Below, in pieces: positions 33,355-43,543 of a stretch of DNA of 64,000 nt (position 1 is the stretch's first letter; the number at the start of each line of letters is the position of its first letter). A program made the translations under genes and the position numbers. Below the pieces are notes generated by a model that did no database searches, was not told the DNA's origin, and was given only the letters and a program-made list of their open reading frames with translations. The DNA comes from Cyanophyceae cyanobacterium (GTDB lineage: Bacteria > Cyanobacteriota > Cyanobacteriia > Cyanobacteriales > JBHJGN01). Location of the stretch: contig JBHJGN010000006.1 of assembly GCA_050331735.1 (NCBI GenBank), positions 1-64,000 on the forward strand, written 5' to 3'.

Positions 33355-33798
33355 TTCTGGGGAGGCGATCACTGACAATCGACGTTGGGCGGCTTCAGAG
33401 AAGCTATCCCCTAAACTAGGGGCTTTCGTCTGTCCGCTCCAACATCGTGCTATCCCCTTTACTAGTATTCAGGGTGATGCGACCCAAGCAAAGAGGGCTA
33501 CATCCTTTTCCCAAACTACGCACTGATCACTCTAGTTTTCAGAATTGGTATCAGAGAACTCAGTTTGCTCTCTACATTTCACAAGTTTACTCAAGCCTAT
33601 TCCCAAGAATTACACCAACAACTAACAGGCACAATTGTTCCTCAAAATCGGGGAAACCAACATATTTCTCTCTTTAGGCAGATCTGCTCATTATCTCGCT
33701 TATACATGGTAATCCTTCCCAATTTGACGGGTACTTTAAGCTAGGTTTCAAAATTTCTAGAAACCTTGGCAAATGTTCAAATTTTGAAGGAAAATCTT

Positions 33799-34326
33799 AT
33801 GAAAGGCATTCTGTTTGTATCTAGTGCAATCGTATCTCTAGGATTAGGGATGACTCCGGCGATCGCCGGACAGCCGGAGGCAGCGAGCGAGTACCTGGCT
33901 GACAACCACATGGACATGGAAGCCATGATGGAAGGCGAAGTGGAGAGAGTAACTGAAACTTCCATTTTCCCGGGCTACGATCTCATTGTCGTCAGCGGAC
34001 CTGGCGAAGATAAATACTACACCTTTTACGCTAAAGATGCTGATTTAGAAGTAGGAGATGAAGTCTATTTCTCCGACAATCTGCTGTACCTCGATGACGA
34101 AGCTCAAACCGTAATTGCCGAAAGCTACATGATGACGAGAAAAGCTTACTACGACAGCGTAGAAGCGATGAGCGAATCCGTCACCGTTGTTGAAGAGCGC
34201 CGCGTCGAGATGGAAGATGATGTCATCGTTGATCGTCCTCAGGTAGAGCGCCGCACTACTGTTTACGAAGCACAACCTACCAGAGTTAAAACCAGACCAG
34301 ACGCTCCTGTGAGAGGACTATGGTAA
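33799..34326 (+). CDS. Secreted acidic hypothetical protein ending PVRGLW
   Basis: Signal peptide MKGILFVSSAIVSLGLGMTPAIA; Glu/Met-rich mature region. Confidence 0.75.
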   Translation: MKGILFVSSAIVSLGLGMTPAIAGQPEAASEYLADNHMDMEAMMEGEVERVTETSIFPGYDLIVVSGPGEDKYYTFYAKDADLEVGDEVYFSDNLLYLDDEAQTVIAESYMMTRKAYYDSVEAMSESVTVVEERRVEMEDDVIVDRPQVERRTTVYEAQPTRVKTRPDAPVRGLW

Positions 34327-34383
34327 TTCTACTTCCTAGAAGGTTGCGCCTATAAAAAGAGTGGGGAAGGGGGAAGCGCCACG

Positions 34384-34500
34384 GGCGCAGGGAAAAGGGG
34401 AAAGGGGAAGGGGAAAAGGAATGAATTATATAGCTTGTTCCTTAACCCTGTGTTCTTGCTCCGTCCCGGAGAGACAGATTTCCCCTTCCCCTTTCCCCGT
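34384..34500. repeat. Repeat family C, copy 1 (G-rich/C-rich arms, between convergent genes)
   Basis: GGCGCAGGGAAAAGGGGA...GAATGAAT...CCGTCCCG...TTTCCCCGT; similar to 39614-39707. Confidence 0.7.
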
Positions 34501-34512
34501 CGCGAAGCGACA

Positions 34513-35007
34513 CTACACTCGTCGTCCTAAAATCGCTAAATCTCGCTCAACACCGTCGAGTTCTGCAACCTTGGGAAGGTAGCCCCACTGTTGAAACTTG
34601 AATTTATGGAATAATTGTAAACTGGGGCGATTGTGGGCAAAGATCATGGCTAGTAACGTATTGAGTCCGAGGTGAGGACTTTGTGTGATCGCTTGCTCGA
34701 GCAAGCTTTGTCCAATACCTTGACGACGATAGTCAGGGGAAACATAGATACTCAGTTCGGCGGTACGGTGGTAGGCTGGACGACCGTAGAAATCGTTGAA
34801 GCTGAGCCAGCCGGCAATTTCTTCCTGCTTTTCCATCACCCACAGAGGATGAGTGGCAGTATGACGATCGAACCAATCTTGACGACTGGCAACAGAAATT
34901 GGCTCTAAATCGGCTGTGGCTAGACGGCTTGGAATACTGGCATTGTAAATTTCGATAATAGCGGGCAAATCAGCGTTGACAGCATTGCGGATGAGGTAAT
35001 CAGGCAT
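34513..35007 (-). CDS. GNAT N-acetyltransferase (phosphinothricin/YncA-like)
   Basis: FYGRPAYHRTAELSIYV, RRQGIG, HNRPSLQLF. Confidence 0.88.
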   Translation of the reverse strand: MPDYLIRNAVNADLPAIIEIYNASIPSRLATADLEPISVASRQDWFDRHTATHPLWVMEKQEEIAGWLSFNDFYGRPAYHRTAELSIYVSPDYRRQGIGQSLLEQAITQSPHLGLNTLLAMIFAHNRPSLQLFHKFKFQQWGYLPKVAELDGVERDLAILGRRV

Positions 35008-35035
35008 TCTCGGAGAAGACAGGAGTCGGAAGTTA

Positions 35036-35162
35036 TACCAATTAGAAAAAGTAATAGGAGACTTGATGAGTTGGGGGAAAGGGAAGCACAGCAGCTCTTT
35101 GCCCTTGAACCTCCAATGCTTAGTTAGTTTGGGAACTATCTGACTCCTTTCGGTAAATGGTA
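35036..35162 (+). mobile_element. MITE family A, copy 3
   Basis: TTA|TACCAATTAG...GGTAAATGGTA|TTA. Confidence 0.88.
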
Positions 35163-35305
35163 TTAGAAGTCAAAAATCAGCAGGACAACTTTGCACTCGT
35201 CTTGAGACTACTGATGTGTTCTGCTCTTTCTGACTATCGCTATAGTATTACCTGGCATAGATGCAGATTCGTTACGGTTTTGTTTAGATCAAATCAGTAT
35301 TAGGA

Positions 35306-37393
35306 TTGACTACACAAAACATGACCACAGAGAATCTTTCAGTCCCGACTGCCCCACGCGCTTCAAAGCAGCCTCAAATACTAGTCAAACACGGAGACGA
35401 GCGAGTAGACAACTACTTCTGGCTGCGAGAGCGAGAAAATCCAGAAACCATTGCTTATTTAGAAGCCGAAAACGCCTATACCAAAGAGCAAATGAAGCAC
35501 ACCGAGGCGCTTCAGGAAAGACTTTACAAAGAGATGCTCGGGCGCATTAAAGAAACAGATCTTTCCGTTCCTTATCGCCTCGACGATTACTATTACTACT
35601 CTCGCACCGAAGAAGGCAAAGCTTACTCCATCTTCTGCCGCAAACAGGGAAGTCTAGACGCGGCTGAACAGGTACTGCTCGATCAAAATCAGCTTGCGGA
35701 AGGGCAGGAATTTTTTAGCGTGGGAGTCTTAGCGATTAGTCCTAATCATCAACTGCTTGCCTACTCTACCGATACGTCGGGAGCCGAGCAGTATACGCTG
35801 TGCTTCTTGGATCTAGAGACGGGGAAACTCTATTCAGAACAGATTGCCGACACCTACTACTCCTTTGCCTGGGGTAACGACAATCGCACGGTCTTCTACA
35901 CTAAAGTCGATGAGACGAATCGTCCGTACCAACTCTGGCGACACGAACTGGGAACCGATCCCAATCAGGATATGCTAGTTCATCAAGAAGACGACGAAGC
36001 GTACTTTTTAGCCGTGGGGAGAACTCGCTCCAAAGAGTTTATTTTGATGGAGTTGGGGAGTCAGGTTACGACAGAAGTCCATTATTTAGAGGCCAACGCC
36101 CCGACCGACTCTTTTCGGGTGATTCATCCCCGTCAGCCGGGCATGGAATACTCGGTGGAGCACTGGCGCGATCGCTTTTACATCGTCACCAACGACGAGG
36201 CGATTAACTTTAAGCTAATGACAGCTCCCGTCGCCTCTCCTGCTAAGGAAAACTGGGAAACCGTCATTCCCCATCGAGAAGACATAATGCTCTCGGGGGT
36301 GAGTGCCTTTGCCGATCATTTAGTGATTGCTGAAAGAACCGGGGGACTGCCCACGGTGCGAGTGCAGAAGCTGTCTACCACCCAAGAAACCTCGCTAGAG
36401 TTTCCAGAGCCCACCTATGCTGTGTTTGAAGGCAATAATCCCGAATTTAACAGCACCATCTGGCGGTTCACCTATACCTCGATGATTACTCCGGCTTCTG
36501 TGTTTGACTACAACATGGAAACCGGACATCGGGAACTCAAAAAAGAGACGGAAGTGCTCGGCGGCTATGATCGCACTCAGTACGCGAGTGAATGGCTGAT
36601 GGCTACCGCCAGCGATGGCGCTCAAGTGCCGATTTCCCTGGTGTATAGGAAGGGGATCGAAAAGGATGGCTCTAACCCGCTGTGGCTGACAGGATACGGC
36701 TCCTATGGTTTTCCTTACCCGGCCACGTTTTCTTCTACTCGACTGTCGTTGCTCGATCGGGGAGTCGTGTTTGCGATCGCTCACATTCGCGGTGGCGGCG
36801 ATATCGGACGTAAGTGGTATGAAGATGGCAAGTTTTTAAAGAAGAAAAATACCTTTACCGATTTTATTGCCTGTGCTGAATCTTTAATCGCTCAAGGATG
36901 GACCCGTTCGGATTCTCTAGTCGTTTCCGGCGGCAGTGCCGGCGGGTTGCTGATGGGAGCGGTGATGAATCTACGTCCCGATCTGTTTAGGATAGTCGTT
37001 GCCGATGTTCCGTTTGTGGATGTAGTGACAACGATTTTAGATACGTCTTTGCCCCTCACGGTCATCGAGTGGGATGAGTGGGGAAACCCCAACGAGCCAG
37101 AGTACTATGACTATATCAAATCCTATTCTCCCTACGACAATGTCGCAGCACAAGACTACCCCACTGTGCTGATCACGGCTGGCTTAAACGATTCCCGGGT
37201 TAAATACTGGGAGCCTGCTAAATGGACTGCTAAACTAAGAGATCTGAAAACCGATGACAATCAGTTGCTGCTCAAAACCAATATGGGAGCCGGACACGGC
37301 GGTGCATCAGGACGCTATGAGAGTTTGAAAGAATTGGCGTTTGAGTATGCCTTCGTGCTAGATCAACTAGGATTGAGTACTATCGCTCACTAG
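35306..37393 (+). CDS. ptrB: Oligopeptidase B (S9A)
   Basis: DNYFWLR, GYGSYG, catalytic GGSAGG, DSRV, AGHGG. The start may be the ATG at 35321. Confidence 0.92.
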   Translation: MTTQNMTTENLSVPTAPRASKQPQILVKHGDERVDNYFWLRERENPETIAYLEAENAYTKEQMKHTEALQERLYKEMLGRIKETDLSVPYRLDDYYYYSRTEEGKAYSIFCRKQGSLDAAEQVLLDQNQLAEGQEFFSVGVLAISPNHQLLAYSTDTSGAEQYTLCFLDLETGKLYSEQIADTYYSFAWGNDNRTVFYTKVDETNRPYQLWRHELGTDPNQDMLVHQEDDEAYFLAVGRTRSKEFILMELGSQVTTEVHYLEANAPTDSFRVIHPRQPGMEYSVEHWRDRFYIVTNDEAINFKLMTAPVASPAKENWETVIPHREDIMLSGVSAFADHLVIAERTGGLPTVRVQKLSTTQETSLEFPEPTYAVFEGNNPEFNSTIWRFTYTSMITPASVFDYNMETGHRELKKETEVLGGYDRTQYASEWLMATASDGAQVPISLVYRKGIEKDGSNPLWLTGYGSYGFPYPATFSSTRLSLLDRGVVFAIAHIRGGGDIGRKWYEDGKFLKKKNTFTDFIACAESLIAQGWTRSDSLVVSGGSAGGLLMGAVMNLRPDLFRIVVADVPFVDVVTTILDTSLPLTVIEWDEWGNPNEPEYYDYIKSYSPYDNVAAQDYPTVLITAGLNDSRVKYWEPAKWTAKLRDLKTDDNQLLLKTNMGAGHGGASGRYESLKELAFEYAFVLDQLGLSTIAH

Positions 37394-37547
37394 TTATGAG
37401 TTGTTTAACGGCCACAGACACAGGGCATCGGAACGAACAACTCATAACGGCGGTCGGACGGTCGTTCTTTTCTTCTGAAACGCGCAAAGTTTCCGACTGC
37501 TTTCTGATTAAAGTTAAGTCACTCAATCAAAAGCAAAAAAACTCTTA

Positions 37548-37682
37548 TACCAATTAGAAGAAGTAATAGGAGACTTGATGAGTTGGGGGAAAGGGGAAAG
37601 GGACGCACAGCAGCTCTTTGCCCTTGAACCTCCAATGCTTGGTGAGTTTAAGGAACTCTCTGACTACTTTCGGTAAATGGTA
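37548..37682 (+). mobile_element. MITE family A, copy 4
   Basis: TTA|TACCAATTAG...GGTAAATGGTA|TTA. Confidence 0.88.
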
Positions 37683-37806
37683 TTACCTTTTAGGCTAAGA
37701 TTCCCAAAAGTCACTTCTTATTCAGCAAGATCTGTCTGAAGATCGGGGACAAAAAAACCTCATTCGTTCTACGGTGAGCTAATTGAGCGAAAGAGGAAAG
37801 AGATAA

Positions 37807-38556
37807 ATGGTTCCACTCAAGGATGAAAATCCGACAAGAATTACTCCCTATGTTACCTATGCATTGATTGTCATAAATGTTGTAGTGTTTATCTACGAAA
37901 TTGGCCTTGCTCCCAATCAACTCGATGGGTTCTTTCATCTGTTTGCTGTCGTTCCGAGGGAATTAACGGCAAGTTTCAACGGAATCGACGTTCATCAGCC
38001 TGTTCCAGAGTCTCTCACCCTGATTACCTCTCAATTTCTCCACGCTGGCTTTGCTCACGTGGGTTTTAATATGCTGTTTCTCTATATTTTTGGGAACAAT
38101 ATTGAGGAGCAGCTCGGACGCGTGAAATATCTCATTTTTTACCTTGCCTGCGGCGTATTAGCGGGTTTAAGCCAGTGGTTTTTCTCGGCCATGTCGGATA
38201 TTCCCTCCCTAGGAGCCAGTGGGGCGATCGCCGGAGTGATGGGAGCCTACATTCTGCGTTTTCCGGCTGCTAAAATTGTTACCTTAGTTCCTTTGGGATT
38301 CTTTTTTCCGACCTTTCGAGTTCCGGCGGTATTCTTTCTCGGCTTTTGGTTTCTAGAGCAAGCTTTAAACGGCATTGCTTCTTTTGAAGTAGCGGCTAAT
38401 GTGGGCATGGAAAGTGGCGGTGTTGCTTACTGGGCACACGCTGGCGGATTTATCTTTGGGGCCATTCTTGGTCCTCTGCTGGGTTTGTTTCCCAAGGAAA
38501 CAGGGACGGAGACTGGTGCGCTGCCAACAGATTCTTCAAAACCTTACTATCAATAG
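37807..38556 (+). CDS. Rhomboid intramembrane serine protease
   Basis: FLHAGFAHVGFNM, GASGAIAG, WAHAGG. Confidence 0.92.
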   Translation: MVPLKDENPTRITPYVTYALIVINVVVFIYEIGLAPNQLDGFFHLFAVVPRELTASFNGIDVHQPVPESLTLITSQFLHAGFAHVGFNMLFLYIFGNNIEEQLGRVKYLIFYLACGVLAGLSQWFFSAMSDIPSLGASGAIAGVMGAYILRFPAAKIVTLVPLGFFFPTFRVPAVFFLGFWFLEQALNGIASFEVAANVGMESGGVAYWAHAGGFIFGAILGPLLGLFPKETGTETGALPTDSSKPYYQ

Positions 38557-38800
38557 GTAACAAGCTTGCGTTCGCTCCTAGCTATTCCTAAATTGGCAAA
38601 AGTGTAAGACAATACAGTTCACAACAAGAATTAAGTCGGCAATGTTACCGCTTCTATTTATTTGTGGCTTAAGATAGCCAAGCTTCAGGTTTCTGTTCAA
38701 GAAAACAACTTAATCAAAGCCTCATTTTCTTGCCATTGATAGGCTTTTGAATTGTAAATTCTTGTTGTGTGTGTTGTGAGTTGCTCTGTGATGAACCGCC

Positions 38801-39568
38801 ATGTCTCTGTTTAAGGTGCCAAAAACGTACAGCCTACTGAGTATTGGTCAAAGAGGTGTAGGAAAGACAGTATTTTTGGCAGGGAGTTATGCCGAGTTTT
38901 TGGCCAACCGACAGCAATACCGTTCTCAGCAGCTTTGGTTAGATTGCCAAGAACGTCAAGCGCAGGAGGCAATGAACAATCTTCTGCGCTACATTGTACA
39001 AACTGGTCGCTATCCGCCTTTAACGGCAAGCATTACCAACTTCAACTTTAGCCTCAAGCAACACCGGGGAGAGGGGGAGCAGACCTTGTGCCGTTTTCGC
39101 TGGTGGGATATGCCCGGTGAGTTGTGTAGCTTCGACAGTTCCGAGTTCCGTCAGTTAGTGTTTAGTTCCCACGGTTGTTGTGTCTTCATCGATGCTGAGG
39201 CTCTTGTGTATGAACCTGACTATCAACTTCAGCTCGATCGACTCATGGAGCAGGTCATCCCCATCATTATGCTAATTCATTTCAACCGACTCAACTATCC
39301 CGTGGCTCTGCTGTTAACCAAATGTGATTCTTTAGCTAACACAGCAGCTCGCCAGCAACTGCAAGAGAAGATTGAGATGATTACGAATCAGTGGAAGCTG
39401 TTGGAAATCAATCATCGCACCTTTTGCTTGGAGATTCCGATCCTGAATACGGAAAAGGGATTTTCTTTGCAAGCCAAGGGAACCTCTCAGGTACTGCTGT
39501 GGTTACTGAGCGAGATCGAAAAAATCGCTCAAAAAGGACAAAAGCTTCACTCTACCAAGGTTTGCTAG
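38801..39568 (+). CDS. Stand-alone TRAFAC-like P-loop GTPase
   Basis: G1 GQRGVGKT, G3 DMPG, G4 TKCD. Confidence 0.75.
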   Translation: MSLFKVPKTYSLLSIGQRGVGKTVFLAGSYAEFLANRQQYRSQQLWLDCQERQAQEAMNNLLRYIVQTGRYPPLTASITNFNFSLKQHRGEGEQTLCRFRWWDMPGELCSFDSSEFRQLVFSSHGCCVFIDAEALVYEPDYQLQLDRLMEQVIPIIMLIHFNRLNYPVALLLTKCDSLANTAARQQLQEKIEMITNQWKLLEINHRTFCLEIPILNTEKGFSLQAKGTSQVLLWLLSEIEKIAQKGQKLHSTKVC

Positions 39569-39613
39569 CAAGCTAGCTGCTTGGTCGCTATCCTGCTGCA
39601 AAAGCCGGGGGCA

Positions 39614-39735
39614 GGCGCAGGGAAAAGGGGAAGGAGAGAATGAATCAGCTTATTCCTTAGCTCTGTGTTTTTCCCCGTCCCGCAGGGACAGTTTTCCCTT
39701 TCCCCGTTCCGCTGGAACTTTCCCCTTTCCCATCC
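39614..39735. repeat. Repeat family C, copy 2, overlapping the phnI 3' end
   Basis: Aligns by eye with 34384-34500 and contains the phnI stop codon (39657). Confidence 0.7.
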
Positions 39736-40796
39736 CAGGAGGACTCCCGCATCTTCCGCAGCATGTTTAATTCTGCTTGAAAGTCGATATAGTGCGGTAG
39801 CTTGAGGTGTTGCACAAACCCCTGGGCCTCTACGTTATCAGAATGGTACAGGACAAACTCTTCGTCCTGGGCAGGTCCACTGACTTCTTCTCCTAGCTCT
39901 TGGCAGCGCATGGCCCGGTCTACCAGAGCCATTGACATAGCCTTGCGTTCGTTGTAGCCAAACGTCAGTCCGTAGCCGCGAGTAAACTGAGGGGGAACTT
40001 CTTTGCTTCCCTTGAACTGATTGACCATTTGAACTTCAGTGATGGTGATCTCTGCGATCGCCACCTCAAATCCTAACTCTTCCGGGCAAACGATCACCTC
40101 TACCTCACCCATGCGAATTTCGCCAGCAAAGGGATGGTTCTTTCCGTAACCGCGCTGGGTCGAATAGGCCAGCCCGAGCAAAAAACCTTCATCAGCGCGG
40201 GCCAAATTCTGGAGGCGAGCATCCCGTTCCGCTGGTGTTGAGAGAGGTTTTCGAGTCAGATCGAAAGGCGACTCGTTGTGCGCGTCTTCCTCTTCGATTA
40301 AGCCTTCTTGTCCTAGAGTATCAACAATTCTGGGGACATCGGTGGGTAATGCGGACTGCTCTTCCGGGGCTAGGGGCGCACGGCCTTCGGCTGCTAGCTT
40401 AAAATCTAACAGACGATGAATGTAATCAAACGTCGGTCCGAGCTGCTGACCTCCAGGCACATCTTTAAAAATCGAAGAAATCCGTCGCCGAAGCTGCATC
40501 TTGCCGGTATCAAGAGGCTGCGAGTAGTAAAAACGGGGCAGAGTGGTGCGGTACGCCCTCAGCAAAAAGATTGCTTCTACTAGATCTCCCCAAGACTGCT
40601 TGATCGCCAGTGCGGCTAAATCAGGATCGTACAAGCTCCCTTCACACATCACTCGATCCACCGCGAGAGCAAGCTGCTGCCGAATTTGCGCTACGCTCAG
40701 TTCAGGAATTTTCCGGTCTCCTCGCCGCGATGCCTCCAACAAAGTTTCGGCATTCTCAATTGCCTGTTCTCCCCCCTTAACGGCAACATAGGGCAT
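39657..40796 (-). CDS. phnI: C-P lyase subunit PhnI
   Basis: YVAVKGGEQAI, RAYRTTLPR, GPTFDY, HSDNVEAQGFVQHLKLPHYIDFQ. Confidence 0.95.
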   Translation of the reverse strand: MPYVAVKGGEQAIENAETLLEASRRGDRKIPELSVAQIRQQLALAVDRVMCEGSLYDPDLAALAIKQSWGDLVEAIFLLRAYRTTLPRFYYSQPLDTGKMQLRRRISSIFKDVPGGQQLGPTFDYIHRLLDFKLAAEGRAPLAPEEQSALPTDVPRIVDTLGQEGLIEEEDAHNESPFDLTRKPLSTPAERDARLQNLARADEGFLLGLAYSTQRGYGKNHPFAGEIRMGEVEVIVCPEELGFEVAIAEITITEVQMVNQFKGSKEVPPQFTRGYGLTFGYNERKAMSMALVDRAMRCQELGEEVSGPAQDEEFVLYHSDNVEAQGFVQHLKLPHYIDFQAELNMLRKMRESSWDGKGESSSGTGKGKTVPAGRGKTQS

Positions 40797-40834
40797 ATTA
40801 AGTTCTCCTTAAAGAAATTGTTGATAGTTGGTGG

Positions 40835-41413
40835 TTAATTGGTTGCAGAAGTAGTTCTTGGTAAAGCGATCACCGCTGCTTGAGTGAAGAAGTAACAGTC
40901 TACTCCTAAAGGGTACGCCTGAACGTTTTCTGACCATTGCTCCCAAAAAGATACCGGGGTAGCAATCTGCAACGATCTTTCTTTTAAAATACCAGGCCCT
41001 GTCAAGCTTACCAATTGGCCTTGCTCGAAACTCTCAACCTGAATGAGCAGGCTGGTCGAGTTTTCGGGCTGTTCTGCTGTTCCCCAGTTAAAAGCTGCCA
41101 GTGGAGGCATTTCCTTCGTATCTTGAATCACGGCAAAATCTGCCCCTTGCCGCTCATCCGTAAATCGACAGCCAGTATGAAAGAGCAACCACGCTTGCAC
41201 CTCTGCCTCAAATCTTGGCTGTAGCCAGACGCTTGTTTCTAAATCTAATAAAGTCAAACAAGCCGCAGCACAGGCGGGAGTCAAACCCGCAGGAGGCGTG
41301 ATGGCGGCTGAAATTGGCTGAATCGTTCCTGGCTCAGAGAGCGCCTTTAGCAACGCCCGAAACGTCGTCTGCGAATCGTGAACTAGGTGATGAAAGCCGG
41401 GAAGAGTGGTCAT
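40835..41413 (-). CDS. phnH: C-P lyase subunit PhnH
   Basis: DSQTTFRALLKALSEPG, LTLLD, FHTGC, GPGI, LPRT. Confidence 0.92.
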   Translation of the reverse strand: MTTLPGFHHLVHDSQTTFRALLKALSEPGTIQPISAAITPPAGLTPACAAACLTLLDLETSVWLQPRFEAEVQAWLLFHTGCRFTDERQGADFAVIQDTKEMPPLAAFNWGTAEQPENSTSLLIQVESFEQGQLVSLTGPGILKERSLQIATPVSFWEQWSENVQAYPLGVDCYFFTQAAVIALPRTTSATN

Positions 41414-41485
41414 GGGGTGAGTCGTTATCAGTGACCAATGAACAATCAACAATTAGCAGGTACTATAAACAGCCAAGGAGATTAT

Positions 41486-41920
41486 TTATTCTCCTCGAAG
41501 CAGCGTGAAAAAATTAACTTTTGTCGCAGCGGTTTGGCGCTGTTGGGTGTCCTGCTGGCGGTGAGCGGCTTCAGCAAGAGGAGTGAGGACCGTTGTTGTG
41601 ACTGCTTCATGCCATTTCTGAAGCTGCAAAAGGGCATCACAGACGGCGGCGAGCTCGGCATGACGAGGCGATCGCCCGCCGACATAGCCAAATCCCGTGA
41701 CGTCCTCCACCACGACGACACAGCGAGTCATCGTCATTTCTCCCAGGTTAAATACCTGCCCGGTTCCCCCGGCACGTCCTCGCACCATCGTGAGTCCGAT
41801 CTCTGGTTCTCTTAAAAAGCGATAGGAAGGCAAAGAGCCTAGGGCTGCTACCTGCTGCTCTAACTGCTCTAGCGACGCTTTGGCAAGAGTAGCCATCCAG
41901 GTTTGTCTCTGAGTAGTCAT
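41486..41920 (-). CDS. phnG: C-P lyase subunit PhnG
   Basis: PEIGLTMVRGRAGGTGQVFNLGEMTMTRC, AATKVNFFTLLRGE. Confidence 0.93.
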   Translation of the reverse strand: MTTQRQTWMATLAKASLEQLEQQVAALGSLPSYRFLREPEIGLTMVRGRAGGTGQVFNLGEMTMTRCVVVVEDVTGFGYVGGRSPRHAELAAVCDALLQLQKWHEAVTTTVLTPLAEAAHRQQDTQQRQTAATKVNFFTLLRGE

Positions 41921-42051
41921 TGCTTTTAGTCGAGGAGAGCGTTGGTACTGGAACCCCCAGAATACCCGCCACGGCGTCAAATTTCAATCAGGCTAGACAA
42001 CCAAGCAAGTTAAGCTGGAACTATGCGGTTTGCCTATAGGAGGATTGAGCG

Positions 42052-43542
42052 ATGGATGCTGACGAGAAACGAGCCATGCTTAAAGGTGACTCTCTCACCA
42101 CTGAGATTCCTGCCGCTACAGTCTGCACTATGAATATTCCTGACTTTAAGCGCTACGGCTATCAGGTCATTGAACCACTAGGACAAAATTCCGGGCAGGG
42201 ACGCTTGACCTACAAAGCGCTCAATTTCCAAGGACAAACTGTCGTCATCAAGCAGTTCCAGTTTGTTACCAGTACAGACTGGACAGGATACAAAGCCGTC
42301 GAGCGCGAAGTTGAAGTCTTGCAAGCGCTCAATCATCCTGGTATTCCGCGAATCTTGAAAACATTCGATTCGGGAAACGGCATCTGCTTAGTTCAAGAAT
42401 ATAAAGATGCCTCCCCTCTATCAACCCCGCGCCGCTTAACGACGGAAGAGGTTAAAAGCATTGCGATCACCGTTTTAGAAATTTTAGTCTACCTTCAACA
42501 GCAGGTTCCCCCCATTATTCATCGCGATATTAAGCCCGAGAACGTTTTAGTCGACGATCAGCTCAACGTTTACTTAATTGATTTTGGGTTCGCTCGCACG
42601 AATCACCAGCCCGGAGTAGCCCTGAGCAGTCAGGTAGCGGGAACGTTTGGTTTTATGCCACCAGAGCAGCTCTTGAATCGCCCTCTAACTCTGGCTACCG
42701 ACCTCTACAGTTTGGGGGCGACGCTCATTTGTTTGCTCAGCGGCACTGCCTCAACTGAAATTGGGACTCTCATCGACAACCGTTTTCACTTCCGCTGGCA
42801 GCCTCCTGCCCACCTCAGTCGCCGATGGAGGCAGTGGCTTCAAAAGCTAGTGCAGCCGGAGCTAAAATATCGCTTCAGCGATGCTTCTGAGGCCTTAGAG
42901 GCTCTCAACGACATCGACGCTCTCGATTTGCCCCAGACTCAGATTAACTGGCTAGGAGCAGCAAAGCAAATTAAGTTTAAAGAAACCGTTGGCAATTGGA
43001 GAAGTTCTCTCCATCAAGCCTTGCTTGCCCTCAGACAATCGCCCAGGATTCTACTCCTGTGGTGGCTGGTTTGCTTTACGGTTACTGTTTTGGTTGCGGC
43101 GGTGGGAATTAGTGCCTGGGGAACGATAACAGGAGCGATCGCCGGAGTCGCTTTGGGTGCTTTACTCGGTTCAGGAGAGGAGCAATTGGGGAAAGGAGTG
43201 CTTGCGGGAGCCAGTGGCGGAGCGCTCGCGGGAGCCGCGAGCGGGGCGACGGCTAAAATTGGGGCTGGCTTGGGCATTAGTGCTGTTGGGGGAGCCGTAT
43301 TGGGCTTTGCTCTTGCTAGTATTGCCATTGTCATCGCCCTTGACCTTTTGCTGACAGAACAGCTTAAGAGCAATCTGAGCAGTTCTCTGCTGGCGATCAC
43401 GACCGGGATTGGGGTTGGCATCGGCTTGAGAGCAGGAGTGAGTTACCTACTGCTGGTCCTCCTCAGCACAGTTCCCCTCGCTAGCGTTCTCATCGCCAAC
43501 AGACAGCGAGCGCTAGATCCGGCTGAAATCAGCAGTGAGTAG
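42052..43542 (+). CDS. Hanks-type Ser/Thr protein kinase with C-terminal Gly/Ala-rich membrane segments
   Basis: VVIK, HRDIKPEN, DFG, GTFGFMPPE. The start may be 42130. Confidence 0.9.
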   Translation: MDADEKRAMLKGDSLTTEIPAATVCTMNIPDFKRYGYQVIEPLGQNSGQGRLTYKALNFQGQTVVIKQFQFVTSTDWTGYKAVEREVEVLQALNHPGIPRILKTFDSGNGICLVQEYKDASPLSTPRRLTTEEVKSIAITVLEILVYLQQQVPPIIHRDIKPENVLVDDQLNVYLIDFGFARTNHQPGVALSSQVAGTFGFMPPEQLLNRPLTLATDLYSLGATLICLLSGTASTEIGTLIDNRFHFRWQPPAHLSRRWRQWLQKLVQPELKYRFSDASEALEALNDIDALDLPQTQINWLGAAKQIKFKETVGNWRSSLHQALLALRQSPRILLLWWLVCFTVTVLVAAVGISAWGTITGAIAGVALGALLGSGEEQLGKGVLAGASGGALAGAASGATAKIGAGLGISAVGGAVLGFALASIAIVIALDLLLTEQLKSNLSSSLLAITTGIGVGIGLRAGVSYLLLVLLSTVPLASVLIANRQRALDPAEISSE

Positions 43543-43543
43543 G

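Noticed and set aside
34361..34582. ORFs rich in GKGE (also 48205-48417 and 48295-48480)
   Set aside because: These are translations of repeat or MITE sequence and pseudogene pieces.
41921..42051. Pho (SphR) box upstream of phnG
   Set aside because: Only one CTTAACTT unit; no convincing 11-bp-spaced tandem repeats.
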